A stretch of DNA of 52,381 nucleotides from an uncultured Eubacteriales bacterium (GCA_905205065.1 CAJLCI010000013.1:1-52381); one strand, 5' to 3'. Counted from the stretch's first letter, positions 1-9,884 are shown. Program-made: numbers and translations. The notes: generated from the letters alone by a model not told the origin.

Positions 1-49
1 ATACGAGATTGAGTGGTGACTGGAGTTCAGACGTGTGCTCTTCCGATCT
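1..49. other. Illumina TruSeq indexed adapter remnant (ATACGAGAT, 6-nt index TGAGTG, then GTGACTGGAGTTCAGACGTGTGCTCTTCCGATCT) at the contig end
   Basis: Exact match to the canonical TruSeq index adapter core. The 6-nt index reads CACTCA on the opposite strand. Genomic reading frame begins immediately after it. Confidence 0.9.
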
Positions 50-214
50 GTATTTGGAGCAATAGGAGGAGCGTTAATTCTTCATGAGACCATGCCTTTG
101 CGTGGATACATAGGATGTGTATTAATTTTTGCCGGAATTATATTTGCACAGCTGAGAACGCGGTCTGAAAATATTTCGGATTCTTCAGTTAAGGACAAGT
201 CTCAAATTTTATAA
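50..214 (+). CDS. C-terminal fragment of an EamA/DMT-type membrane transporter (5' truncated by the contig/adapter end)
   Basis: Open frame from position 50 to TAA at 212-214. It encodes a hydrophobic helix (GAIGGALILHETMPLRGYIGCVLIFAGIIFAQL) and a charged tail typical of DMT-family C-termini. Confidence 0.35.
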   Translation, partial: VFGAIGGALILHETMPLRGYIGCVLIFAGIIFAQLRTRSENISDSSVKDKSQIL

Positions 215-402
215 ATAAAAGCGTAATATATAAAATTGTAAGATTTTTGTTTCTATGAGCGGATGAATCTGCTCGTTTTTCCGAACCAGGTATAATTCAC
301 GCGAACGCTTTATGTAGGGGCTTTATCCCTGATTGAAGGTAGAATTTCGCGGATTTAAGTAAATTAAGCGATAAAAATACTGTAAAGAGGATATATTTTA
401 TT

Positions 403-1881
403 ATGGTTCTTAAACAATGTACACCCGAAGAACAAAACGTAGACAGTGCTGCCATCGAACGAATGTTTGACTATTGGGATGAAATGAATACTCACGTACA
501 TTCATGTGCGATAATGCGCGGTGGAAAGTTAATTTCGCTTCGAACATGGGAGCCTTATAAGGCAGATAGCCTGCACATGCTGAATTCGATGAGTAAGACA
601 TTTACATCAATTGGTGTTATGTATGCGATACAGGAGGGACTTTTTGACGAAGAGGATTATGTAATATCTTTTTTCCCGGATGTATGTTCGGATGTAAAAA
701 TATGCGATAATATGAAAAGAGTAAAAATCAAGCATCTTTTGACTATGACTACAGGACACTATCCGGATAATGCAGATTTTATAATATCCGATCCCAATCC
801 GGTAAAGGCATTTCTTTCCTCAGAGATTTCGCTTGAACCCGGAACTAAATTTGTTTATAACACCGGAGCTACATACATGCTTTCTCTGATTATCGGCAAA
901 GTGACGGGAAAGTCTTTAGCTGATTATTTAACTCCAAGACTGTTTGAACCTTTAAATATTAAAAAATTATTTTGGGAAAGCGATTCGGACGGAAATTCAT
1001 ATGGAGGTTTTGGACTAAATATAGATATACTATCGGCTGTTAAGACCGGCCAGTTTTTGCTTGACCGGGGATGTGTTGACGGTAAATATCTCTTGTCTCC
1101 GGAGCTTATTGATAAGGCAACGTCAGCGATTGTACCTACTGTAAACATGGAGGGGCAGGCGTGGCTTGACGAACTCAGAAAGTGTAAGGAATGGCAGCCG
1201 TCAGATTGGGACTGCGGATATGGATGGCAGATATGGCGATGTGTTTATAACGGGGCTTATCGTGCCGACGGCGCTTTTGGGCAGTATTGTGTTGTCGTTC
1301 CGGAACACGATCTTGTTGTAGCGGTTTTTTCCGGCTCGGAATGCTCACAGTATTTGCTTAAAGGAATATGGGATTGTCTCATACCCGGAATTGAATGCTG
1401 TAATTCGGTTATCGGTGATTCTGCAATTTGCAAAAAAAGGAAGAGTGAATTTACATTCGGCTTGTCTGTTCCGGAGGACCAGGATACGGAGAGCTTATTC
1501 GGAGAAGCATATTCAGTTCCTGATAATACACTTGGAATTAAAGTAATTCGTCTTGTCTCGTATGGGTTAACCGTCTTTGAATTGAATAACGGCAGTTATG
1601 AAATTAAATCCGGATATAATGAATGGATTTATAATGACTTGGGATTTGACGTTCCTAAATGCAGCTTTCCTTTTGTTTTAAGACCGTACAGTCATTTAAA
1701 TGCCGCATATGCTTTTTATGGCAGCGAATATAAAATACGTTTGCTTTGCGACGGTTATGCATATTACCATGAAATGAAAATGATGAAAAACGGCGATGAT
1801 ATGCTGTTTGTGTGTCGGCAATATCCAGGAGGAGATTCTTTTGAGGTAAAATGTACTAAGATAAAGGGAAAAGATTGTTAA
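403..1881 (+). CDS. Serine hydrolase of the beta-lactamase / penicillin-binding-protein superfamily (class C-like, COG1680) with a C-terminal extension
   Basis: 492-aa ORF. S-x-x-K active-site motif (LNSMSKTF) near the N-terminus. RBS AAAGAGGA upstream of the ATG. Confidence 0.6.
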   Translation: MVLKQCTPEEQNVDSAAIERMFDYWDEMNTHVHSCAIMRGGKLISLRTWEPYKADSLHMLNSMSKTFTSIGVMYAIQEGLFDEEDYVISFFPDVCSDVKICDNMKRVKIKHLLTMTTGHYPDNADFIISDPNPVKAFLSSEISLEPGTKFVYNTGATYMLSLIIGKVTGKSLADYLTPRLFEPLNIKKLFWESDSDGNSYGGFGLNIDILSAVKTGQFLLDRGCVDGKYLLSPELIDKATSAIVPTVNMEGQAWLDELRKCKEWQPSDWDCGYGWQIWRCVYNGAYRADGAFGQYCVVVPEHDLVVAVFSGSECSQYLLKGIWDCLIPGIECCNSVIGDSAICKKRKSEFTFGLSVPEDQDTESLFGEAYSVPDNTLGIKVIRLVSYGLTVFELNNGSYEIKSGYNEWIYNDLGFDVPKCSFPFVLRPYSHLNAAYAFYGSEYKIRLLCDGYAYYHEMKMMKNGDDMLFVCRQYPGGDSFEVKCTKIKGKDC

Positions 1882-1907
1882 CTTTCTTTTTAATGGGATT
1901 AATATCA

Positions 1908-1936
1908 TTGACAAACACTTTGTATTCGTGTATAAT
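1908..1936 (+). promoter_or_regulatory. Sigma-A consensus promoter (TTGACA, 17 nt spacer, TATAAT) upstream of yajC
   Basis: TTGACA at 1908-1913, 17-nt spacer, TATAAT at 1931-1936, about 40 nt before the yajC start. Confidence 0.6.
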
Positions 1937-1976
1937 GATAAACAGCTATAAAGAAATACCGGAGGTTATATAAATA

Positions 1977-2306
1977 ATGTTCAGTTTGCTTGAAGGAGAT
2001 GCGGCGGCCGAGGTCGTGTCTACCGGGGCCGGTTCATGGCTTTCAATAGGTATGCTTTTGGTGCTTCTTGTTGTTTTTTACTTTTTTATGGTTCGTCCTC
2101 AGAAGAAGCAGGAAAAGGAAACTAATGCTATGCGGAACGGTCTGCAGGTTGGTGACGAAATCACAACAATAGGCGGAATTATAGGAAAAATTGTCAGCAT
2201 TAAGGATGAAACACTTGTAATAGAGACGACAAGAAATTGCACAAAAATCCGTATTCTTCGCACCGCGGTAAGATCGGTTGATGTTCATGCCGAGGATGCG
2301 GAATAA
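1977..2306 (+). CDS. yajC: Preprotein translocase subunit YajC
   Basis: 109 aa, single TM helix, followed by MVRPQKKQ...GDEITTIGGIIGKIV, characteristic of YajC. Confidence 0.75.
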   Translation: MFSLLEGDAAAEVVSTGAGSWLSIGMLLVLLVVFYFFMVRPQKKQEKETNAMRNGLQVGDEITTIGGIIGKIVSIKDETLVIETTRNCTKIRILRTAVRSVDVHAEDAE

Positions 2307-2345
2307 TTGACGTTTCTGTTAAATCTATATAGTATTGAAACAAAT

Positions 2346-2382
2346 CGGCAGAGCTGCATATGCGCGGTACTGCCTTTTTTGT
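2346..2382 (+). terminator. Putative intrinsic terminator after yajC
   Basis: GGCAG...CTGCC stem followed by CTTTTTTGTTATTATTT. Confidence 0.4.
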
Positions 2383-2472
2383 TATTATTTGTAAGGATGT
2401 TTTAGGTCTTTGAATATTAGAGTCCGGGATTGTTTAACTTGCATTGAGAAAAGTCTGTTTTGGGTAAAATAT

Positions 2473-4155
2473 ATGATTATGGATATTAAGAAAAAAAGAA
2501 TGCTTAAGCTTGCTTTATTTTCGGTATTAACTGCGATATTGTTTTGCTTTGGAATTCATGCGGAATGTGTTGAATACGGCGAACGTACTGTACCCGGAGG
2601 ATTGGTTGAAGACGTCTCCGATTTTGTTCAGGCACTTGGAGGGGAGTCGGCTGCGATAATATCGGAAAACGGAAATATACTGTTAGTATGTGACATAAAA
2701 GTCGAAAGCCCTTTAATATTGAACGGAGGAAGTTATCGCTTGACAGGCGGAGGCTGTGAAATTTCGTCTTTATTCAGCGGTGAATCCATTTTTAAACTTG
2801 AAAATGGTGCAGAGCTTATTTTAGGATCAGAAAATGATTCTTCCGCCGATTCTCTGTCACTGAAATGCGAAGAAACACAGCATGCATCGCTTATTTCTGT
2901 TGGAAACGAGTGCTCTGTTACATTGAACAGCGGAGTTGTATTAACCGGGGGAGCAGGAACGTACGGCGGCGCCTTGTACTCTGACGGAGGTGTTATCATT
3001 GTTTCGGGAGGCCAGATAAGTTCTTTTTCCGCTCAGTATGGAGGAGCCGTTTACTTAAAATCCGGCAGGCTGAAAATAAATGGTGGTATAATTTCAGATT
3101 GCAGTGCAGAAATTGGAGGCGCCATATATGTAGATTCAGGAGTATTAGAAATTAGCGGAGGAATAATAGGCGAATATACAGGAATAAATTCATCTGGCGG
3201 TGCTGTTACAATTGGTGCAAAAAATAAAGCAGAGCTGTATGGAGGCGGAATATTTATAAACAACGGAGAGTCCATTTTTTCGGGGGGATATATTTCAGGA
3301 AATACAGCAGAATGCGGTGGTGGTTTGTATGCAGAGGAAAATGTGTCTCTGAGCTTTTCAGGTGCAGCTTTTGTGAATAATGAGGCTAATCTCGGAGGTG
3401 CAATTTATAATAAGGGTAAAGTGAGTTCTGCGTATGTTAAGATAAATGATAATGCGGCGGAGCGCGGCGGTGGTATTTATAATGCAGGAAATCTTAGTTT
3501 TGCAAATGGAGATATAAGCGCTAATACTGCCTCATACGGAGGAGCAGTGTTAAATGAAGGCACTTTTGTATTGGAGTATGGCTCGATTACCGGTAACAGT
3601 GCAGAGTTTGGCGGAGGAGTGTTTAACGACGGAGAATTTTTCTTCCGCGGTGGAGTTATTGGGCATACCACGGCAGTTGCGGATACAATCGGTACAGCCG
3701 TATTTAACCGAGGATATATCTATATGGCCGCGACCGCTTTTGTATATGAAGACAGCGCTATTGCGCTTATTAGAACGTCCGACGGATTAAATAAGATAAT
3801 AGTCGGTGAGTTTAACGGTGCGGACATTGCTGCTTATATTGAAGTATATGACGAGGCATTCGATTCTGATGGAAATTATATATACAAACAGAAAACCAAC
3901 GCTGGAACTTTACTGATTGATGGCGATTCCGCTGAAAACATTGCGTCTGCTGCATCACATTTTAAAGTCAGGGACGGAAAATATACTGTTGGACTTAGCG
4001 AAAACGGTGAAATTTTATTTTATGTTAAGCCCCAGATGGTTATTGCGGCGGTAACCGGAACTGTATTTCTGTCGGTTATCATTATCATTTTTGTGGTACT
4101 AATCAAAAAAGTAAAAAAGGATAATAAAAAGATGGAGAATACAAAACATGGGTGA
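2473..4155 (+). CDS. Surface/membrane-anchored beta-helix repeat protein. Pmp-like GGA(I/V/L) and FxxN repeats, N-terminal signal/TM and C-terminal TM anchor
   Basis: Start chosen at MIMDIKKKRMLKLALFSVLTAILF (the track ORF starts at 2410). At least 10 repeats of GGA(V/I/L)Y / GGG(I/V)(F/Y)N with FVNN / FANG. C-terminal hydrophobic helix plus a KKVKKDNKK stop-transfer tail. Confidence 0.5.
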   Translation: MIMDIKKKRMLKLALFSVLTAILFCFGIHAECVEYGERTVPGGLVEDVSDFVQALGGESAAIISENGNILLVCDIKVESPLILNGGSYRLTGGGCEISSLFSGESIFKLENGAELILGSENDSSADSLSLKCEETQHASLISVGNECSVTLNSGVVLTGGAGTYGGALYSDGGVIIVSGGQISSFSAQYGGAVYLKSGRLKINGGIISDCSAEIGGAIYVDSGVLEISGGIIGEYTGINSSGGAVTIGAKNKAELYGGGIFINNGESIFSGGYISGNTAECGGGLYAEENVSLSFSGAAFVNNEANLGGAIYNKGKVSSAYVKINDNAAERGGGIYNAGNLSFANGDISANTASYGGAVLNEGTFVLEYGSITGNSAEFGGGVFNDGEFFFRGGVIGHTTAVADTIGTAVFNRGYIYMAATAFVYEDSAIALIRTSDGLNKIIVGEFNGADIAAYIEVYDEAFDSDGNYIYKQKTNAGTLLIDGDSAENIASAASHFKVRDGKYTVGLSENGEILFYVKPQMVIAAVTGTVFLSVIIIIFVVLIKKVKKDNKKMENTKHG

Positions 4156-4972
4156 AGTCAAAAATGCTTCGGGCAAAAGTCATACAGAAAATGAGTTTAA
4201 CTCTGATCTGCGTTATATTTCTGATTTTAATAAGATTCGCAGACTTCTAAGTTGTACGCGGCGGGCTGTAGATGAATATGATTTAATCTCTGACGGTGAC
4301 CGCATTGCGGTCGGTTTGTCGGGAGGAAAAGATTCAATCGCGCTTCTATGTGCTCTGATAAATCTTTCTGTTTTTTATCCTAAAAGATTTGAGCTGATTG
4401 GTGTTACTGTCGATATGGGGTTTGAAGATATAGGCCGCCCGGAAATGAACTATTCCGGGATCGCAGATTTTTGCTCGGCGCACAGAATTGAATATAAACT
4501 TGTGAAAACTTCTCTTGCAGAGGTAATATTTAAAATTAGAGAAGAAAGTAGTCCATGTTCACTTTGTGCCAAGATGCGAAGGGGAATTATTCATGACACG
4601 GCAAAAAAAGCCGGATGTAATAAGGTTGCTCTCGGACATCATTTTGATGATGCTGTGGAAACATTTATGCTTAATCTTCTGCATGAGGGAAGGCTTGGAT
4701 CATTTTCACCTAAAACATACCTTGACAGAAGAGATATAACCATAATCAGGCCGTTAATTTATGCACCTGAAAAAGATATAAGATATTTTGTGTCGCATAA
4801 CAATCTTCCACTGGTTGAGACAAGCTGTCCGGAGGACGGGCATACAGAGAGAGAAGAAGTCAAAAAGCTGATTAGTTCGCTTGAGAGAAAATATAACGGG
4901 GTTAGGCATCGTATTTTCGGAGCAATGCAGAAATCAGGAATTGACGGATATTCTCCGAATTGCGGCAAATAA
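4148..4972 (+). CDS. ttcA: PP-loop ATPase, tRNA 2-thiocytidine(32) synthetase TtcA-like
   Basis: SGGKDS PP-loop, CxxC (SPCSLCAKMRRG) and a C-terminal Cys. Start overlaps the stop of the upstream gene (ATGGGTGA). Confidence 0.6.
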   Translation: MGEVKNASGKSHTENEFNSDLRYISDFNKIRRLLSCTRRAVDEYDLISDGDRIAVGLSGGKDSIALLCALINLSVFYPKRFELIGVTVDMGFEDIGRPEMNYSGIADFCSAHRIEYKLVKTSLAEVIFKIREESSPCSLCAKMRRGIIHDTAKKAGCNKVALGHHFDDAVETFMLNLLHEGRLGSFSPKTYLDRRDITIIRPLIYAPEKDIRYFVSHNNLPLVETSCPEDGHTEREEVKKLISSLERKYNGVRHRIFGAMQKSGIDGYSPNCGK

Positions 4973-4981
4973 GTATAATTA

Positions 4982-5023
4982 AAAGACGCCTAATGATCAT
5001 TCAAAGAGATTAGGCGTCTTTTA
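4982..5023. terminator. Bidirectional intrinsic terminator between convergent ttcA and the topoisomerase A gene
   Basis: 11-bp perfect stem AGACGCCTAAT / ATTAGGCGTCT with T-runs on both strands. Confidence 0.7.
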
Positions 5024-5051
5024 TGATATATACCAATCAAATAATTAAGGT

Positions 5052-7253
5052 TTATTCCTTAATTACTGTTCCCGACGAGGGAAGTTTATTTTTTCTGTAC
5101 TTTTTGGAGTTTTCAACGCGTTCCGGATCAATTGTCGCTTCTGTTACAAAATCTCCTTTTTTGAGCGTCATGACCGAAGCTCCGCGGCTTTTTCGTGATG
5201 CTTTTTCTGTAATATTTTCAGAACTTGTGAGCAGAGCTTTTCCTGATTTGGATATCATAAGAATGTCAAGCGGAGCAGTTTCATAAAATACCGCAACAAG
5301 CGAAGCATGATCTGAATATGCACCGGTCAATTTTCTTCTGTTTGATTTTGTGTCATATGAATTTGCAGGAATACGTACACAGGTTCCGTTCTCAAAAACG
5401 AGGATAATTCTGTGGCATTCGTTATCCTTTTGCAGGCGGCACATCCCGATAGCATGTTCTTCTTCGTCAAAGCCGAGCTTAGCAGGGATATAATCTCCAA
5501 GCTCTCCGGATTTTAGGGTGTCAAAATCGCCGACATGAGCTTTGTAGACCTGAAAGGCATCGGAGAAAAAAATCAGTTCGTCTGAGTTTACGGCGTCTTC
5601 TTCGAGTATGACAGAATCACCGTCCTTAAGCTTCTGAGATTCGCTCGCTTTTAAAGAACGCAGGGAAATCTTTTTGAAGTATCCCTCCTTAGTAAACATA
5701 ATGTGATTTACGGTGTTATCATCAGGTCTTTCTTCCTCTATTGTTTCATCAAGTTCATCTTCATAAAGCAACTGTGTTTGACGTGGCTTGGCGTATTTTG
5801 ATTTTATATCTCTTAATTGCTTTGCTATATAGGACTTCAATTTTCGCTCGCTTGCAATAATATCTTCGGTAGATGCAATTTCGACCTTAAGCTCATCTGT
5901 TTCACGGAGCTTGTTAAGGATATATTCGCGGTTTAGATTGCGCAGTTTTATTTCTGCAATAAATTCGGCTTGCTCCTGATCTATATCAAAGCCGTCGCAA
6001 AGATTTGGAATGACGTCGCTTTCCTTTTTTGTTTCCCGGATTATTTTTATCGCTTTGTCTATGTCAAGAAGAATTTTTCCGAGACCTAAAAGCAAATGAA
6101 GCTTTTTTCTCATTTTATCAAGGTCAAATTGGAGCTGCCTTTTTACACAATCGGAACGGAAACGAATCCACTCTTTCAATATATCTCCGACGCCTAAAAG
6201 CTTCGGAGTTCCGTCGATCAGTACATTGAAATTGCAGTCGAAGCTGTCTTCCAGCGGGGTATATTTATACAGCTTATTCATAAGCTTATCAGGAGCGGTT
6301 CCGCGTCGGAGATCCAAAGTCAGCTTAAAGCCATTCACGTCAATTTCATCGCGGAAATCAGTAATCTCTTTGACTTTTCCTTCCTTAATAAGCTGAGTAA
6401 GCTTTTTCATAATGAGCTCTATTGTTGTAGAATATGGAATTTGCAATATTTCTATGCAGTTTTCCGATTTATCATACCGCCAGCGGGCACGGAGACGAAG
6501 GCTTCCGTGTCCTGTTCTGTAAATTTCCCGCATAGTTTCTCTGTTATAGATTAAATATCCTCCTCCCTGAAAATCAGGGGCAATCATTATATCAAGAAGT
6601 TGATCGACCGTTGTTTCCGGAGATAGAAGCATTTGGATTGTTGCATCGCACAGTTCTGAAAGATTAAAGGAACAGATAGAACTTGACATAGCGACTGCAA
6701 TTCCTTTATTTGGAGAGAGCAGTATATTTGGAAATGATGTTGGAAATAGAACAGGCTCTAACATAGTGCCGTCATAATTTTCGCACATATCGACCGCATT
6801 TCGGTCGATTCCTCCGAATATTTCAGCGCAGAATGGATCAAGCTTGCATTCTGTATAACGTGAGGCCGCATATACCATTTCTGAAGAATAATGTTTTCCA
6901 AAAGACCCCTTTGAGTCTATAAATGGGTGAAGAAGGGTTTCATTTCCACGAGTCAGACGGACGAGCGTTTCATAGATTGCACTGTCGCCGTGCGGATTCA
7001 GACGCATTGTTTGACCGACAATATTTGCGCTTTTTGTCCTTTGACCAGTGAGCAATCCCATTTTATACATGGTGTAAAGAAGTTTTCGGTGAGCCGGCTT
7101 AAATCCGTCGATTTCCGGTATTGCCCTGGATACAATAACGCTCATTGCATACGGCATGAAATTTTTTTCTACTGCCTCGGTTATCGGCTGGTTCTGAATC
7201 TCGGCTGCTGCAAAGTTTTTTTGCTCTGCAGATGACTTTTTATTTTTTGGCAT
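5052..7253 (-). CDS. Type IIA DNA topoisomerase subunit A (GyrA/ParC family), divergent
   Basis: Start set at MPKNKK with RBS GAGAGGA (the track ORF extends to 7430). Contains PAHRKLLYTMY, HGDSAIYETLVRL and the catalytic AASRYTE tyrosine motif. Confidence 0.75.
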   Translation of the reverse strand: MPKNKKSSAEQKNFAAAEIQNQPITEAVEKNFMPYAMSVIVSRAIPEIDGFKPAHRKLLYTMYKMGLLTGQRTKSANIVGQTMRLNPHGDSAIYETLVRLTRGNETLLHPFIDSKGSFGKHYSSEMVYAASRYTECKLDPFCAEIFGGIDRNAVDMCENYDGTMLEPVLFPTSFPNILLSPNKGIAVAMSSSICSFNLSELCDATIQMLLSPETTVDQLLDIMIAPDFQGGGYLIYNRETMREIYRTGHGSLRLRARWRYDKSENCIEILQIPYSTTIELIMKKLTQLIKEGKVKEITDFRDEIDVNGFKLTLDLRRGTAPDKLMNKLYKYTPLEDSFDCNFNVLIDGTPKLLGVGDILKEWIRFRSDCVKRQLQFDLDKMRKKLHLLLGLGKILLDIDKAIKIIRETKKESDVIPNLCDGFDIDQEQAEFIAEIKLRNLNREYILNKLRETDELKVEIASTEDIIASERKLKSYIAKQLRDIKSKYAKPRQTQLLYEDELDETIEEERPDDNTVNHIMFTKEGYFKKISLRSLKASESQKLKDGDSVILEEDAVNSDELIFFSDAFQVYKAHVGDFDTLKSGELGDYIPAKLGFDEEEHAIGMCRLQKDNECHRIILVFENGTCVRIPANSYDTKSNRRKLTGAYSDHASLVAVFYETAPLDILMISKSGKALLTSSENITEKASRKSRGASVMTLKKGDFVTEATIDPERVENSKKYRKNKLPSSGTVIKE

Positions 7254-7455
7254 CTTTACTAAGCTTGTCCTCTCAATATGGTTATGATTTATTGTATATT
7301 TTTCCCTCCGGTGTTGTAAAATTCGGAGGGGAAATTTTTCATGCAAAAACGATCCTTCAAACAGCGGTTTTCGGCGTCTTGCGGCGTCTTTCTGTGCAAA
7401 CGATTTATGACGAGTATGACGAGATTGCATTTTTTATAATGAAAAGCGAAATACC

Positions 7456-7532
7456 CTGTCTCTATAGGCTGCGGTGTTCACTCACTTTTTCCGGCGGCGT
7501 TACAATTCGCCGCCGGAAAATCTTATTATGGG
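7456..7532 (+). repeat. Dispersed repeat family, copy E (core TGTCTCTATAGGC..TCACTTTTTCCGG-[GGCGGCG..CGCCGCC hairpin]-GGAAAATCTTATTATGGGG + hairpin)
   Basis: Shares conserved blocks with six other loci in this window (see findings). Confidence 0.6.
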
Positions 7533-7562
7533 GCTTTGTCCCCTTATGAAACAGTATGGATT

Positions 7563-7949
7563 TCAGAGAAATCTCGGAGAACGTTCTTTAGAGCTTACTG
7601 CTGCCGCGAGTAATGCCTTTTTCACTTCTGGATCCTGCTCTGTCGTTTCAACATAATACAGTCTGTCTACTTCGCGCTTGGTACCGATTCTTTTAAGCGA
7701 TTCACAAGCCGCGAGCTTTATATCATTGTCATCATCGGTAATGAGCTTCATACAGGTATTCACAGCGAGCTCATCACGTGAAATATCTGCAAGTGCCTTT
7801 ATGGCGAGAAGACGAATCTCCTTTTCTACGGATTCATCGGTGTAAGCTTCGATCTTGGAAGATTTTCTGTCCTCAGTCCATTTTGCTAATTTTTCTTCAA
7901 TCGTTTTGGCTCCGCTGAATATACCTTTAATACTGTCAAGTAATCCCAT
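7563..7949 (-). CDS. HEAT/PBS-lyase-like repeat protein (hypothetical)
   Basis: Start at MGLLDSIKG with RBS GAAAGGAAA. Contains helical repeats of the AL..IG / LAACESLKRIG type. Confidence 0.35.
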   Translation of the reverse strand: MGLLDSIKGIFSGAKTIEEKLAKWTEDRKSSKIEAYTDESVEKEIRLLAIKALADISRDELAVNTCMKLITDDDNDIKLAACESLKRIGTKREVDRLYYVETTEQDPEVKKALLAAAVSSKERSPRFL

Positions 7950-8132
7950 TTTTCGTTTCCTTTCAATAAAGTTATAGTGTATATACATGCTCCGTTTCAG
8001 AATAAACTGTTCTGTGTTGACGGGGCTAAGTATCATCAGATTTTGGAATAAACAGATAATTCCCTCCGTTATCATCATAAAAATTACCCTGATTTTATTG
8101 TCAGCGCAGCTGTTGTCAGCTATTATATGTTT

Positions 8133-8537
8133 TTATGATTCGTGACCGTCATCATCAACAGGATATGCAATTGTAGTCATAAGCGCCATGTTTGTACTTG
8201 ATGTATCAAGACGGCTGTATTGTACTACAATTGGTGTATCGCTTTCAACAATCAGTGCATACGGCGTATCTTTTGGAATCGTATATCCGTCCTTTGATTT
8301 TATTTTATCCATGCGGATATGATTTGTTCGCATAGACGGACATACCGCGCAAAATCCTTGCAGAGCTTCTTTTTGCTCGAACAATAGCGTCATTTTAATA
8401 TGTGCATCGCATCCGCTTGTGTTTATAACGCAGATAGCTTCGTGACTTGGCTGTTCGTCTTTTCCTGATACAGAATTTAAAAACGTATCCGGAATAAGCC
8501 ATGTCTTTTTTCCATAGGCCTTCAATGAATGATCCAT
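8133..8537 (-). CDS. Sensory-rhodopsin-transducer-like (ASRT / DUF1362) small beta-sandwich protein, likely carbohydrate-binding
   Basis: Strings SHEAICVINTSGCDAHIKMTLLFEQKE and IVVQYSRLDTSSTNMALMTTIAY match conserved ASRT family blocks (recalled from memory, not searched). Confidence 0.5.
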   Translation of the reverse strand: MDHSLKAYGKKTWLIPDTFLNSVSGKDEQPSHEAICVINTSGCDAHIKMTLLFEQKEALQGFCAVCPSMRTNHIRMDKIKSKDGYTIPKDTPYALIVESDTPIVVQYSRLDTSSTNMALMTTIAYPVDDDGHES

Positions 8538-8890
8538 CCTTTTGTTAAATAATATTTATTCGGCATATTCAGTTTTTTATAACTTAAAATATAATCCTGA
8601 TATTAATGTGATGACGCTTATTGCGTATTACGAATAAAATATCTACTTCTTAAACAAGGTGCCAATAATAATCGCTCGTCGTAATATCCGTTAAATAGTA
8701 TGAAATGACAGATACGTTATCAAACAAACCGTAAATAAATTGCGTAATATCGAAATCATCTGCGGTTAAAAACAAGAGCTTATATAGCAATGCAAAAATC
8801 TCAAAAATTAATAATATCAGAATATTAACTATATTATAGCACTTTTCTGCGATTTTGCATAGTCTTTTTTTGCAATTTTTTGTAACATAT

Positions 8891-8919
8891 AAAAACCGGT
8901 ACCTGAGGCGCCGGTTTTT
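8891..8919 (-). terminator. Intrinsic terminator downstream of the sugar-phosphate isomerase gene
   Basis: AAAACCGG...CCGGTTTT stem, followed on the minus strand by TTTTTATATG. Confidence 0.5.
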
Positions 8920-8952
8920 CGAGATTTACATTTAAGTCTATGCGAACTATGC

Positions 8953-9846
8953 CTATTTTCTTTTACCCTGATAACCACGGTATTCGCAGGGACCGCAGGT
9001 ATATTGAATTCCGCCTCGGCAGCGCTTCAGATAATTTAAAGCTGTAACTTGTGCCGTCCATTCCATATCGTCGTAATGTACCGGATCGTGATAACCTTCG
9101 ATATCTATAGCGCCTTCAAATCCGTTTTGTATTAAAATGGTTACGATATCAGTCCAGTTTGTATCACCGAAGCCGGGCGTTCTGTTCCATGCAAACTCAT
9201 GGATACCGCGTATGCCGTATTCACGGATGACATCATATGCGACAGTTGCGTCTTTTCCATGCACATGAACTACTTTTTTCGCCCAATTACGCAGCTGTGC
9301 TATTGGATCTATCAGAGCCATCAGCGCATGGCAGGGCTCCCATTCGAGGCCGAGACTGTCGCTTGTGATTTCGTTAAAAATCAGTTCCCATGCTTCCGGA
9401 CAAAAAGCTATGTTATAAGTATCTCCGTTCCATCCGTCTCCGCAGTTTTCAAGACCGATTTTAACACCTTTGTCTTCGGCGAGTTCAACAAGAGGTTTAA
9501 AGGCTCTTACAAAATCGGGAATTGTATCGGGGACGCTTTTTTCATTACCACCGGCAAAAGTCCCTATACAATCGCAGTTGAAAAGATGTGCGTTTTCAAT
9601 TAAAGTGGCAATTCCGCTGCGTTCTTCATCGTTTTTTATGGGATTGCAGTAGAAACCGAGTGCCGAAATTTCTCTGCCTTCGAGTACTTCGTTAATTTGT
9701 TTACTGAATTCATTAATGTCGATTTTAGTGCTTTCCGCTGATCCGAAATTGAGTTCATAAGATTCAAATCCAAGAGGGTTAAGCTGAGGAATCATTTTCA
9801 AAGCATGTTCAGCAGGAATTAAAGTTCCGATTTTAATATCAAACAT
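8953..9846 (-). CDS. Sugar phosphate isomerase/epimerase (xylose-isomerase-like TIM barrel)
   Basis: 297 aa. Contains GLENCG, HGKD and WEPCHA metal-site-like motifs typical of the AP-endonuclease-2 / sugar isomerase fold. Confidence 0.55.
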   Translation of the reverse strand: MFDIKIGTLIPAEHALKMIPQLNPLGFESYELNFGSAESTKIDINEFSKQINEVLEGREISALGFYCNPIKNDEERSGIATLIENAHLFNCDCIGTFAGGNEKSVPDTIPDFVRAFKPLVELAEDKGVKIGLENCGDGWNGDTYNIAFCPEAWELIFNEITSDSLGLEWEPCHALMALIDPIAQLRNWAKKVVHVHGKDATVAYDVIREYGIRGIHEFAWNRTPGFGDTNWTDIVTILIQNGFEGAIDIEGYHDPVHYDDMEWTAQVTALNYLKRCRGGIQYTCGPCEYRGYQGKRK

Positions 9847-9884
9847 AAATATTCTCCCTATTATTAAAATAATGCTAAAAATCT

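Noticed and set aside
5052-7430. Long N-terminal extension of the topoisomerase A subunit as given by the ORF track (start at 7430)
   Set aside because: The first 59 codons have no similarity to GyrA/ParC N-termini and overlap repeat copy E territory. An internal ATG at 7253 has a good RBS (GAGAGGA) and restores a normal N-terminus.
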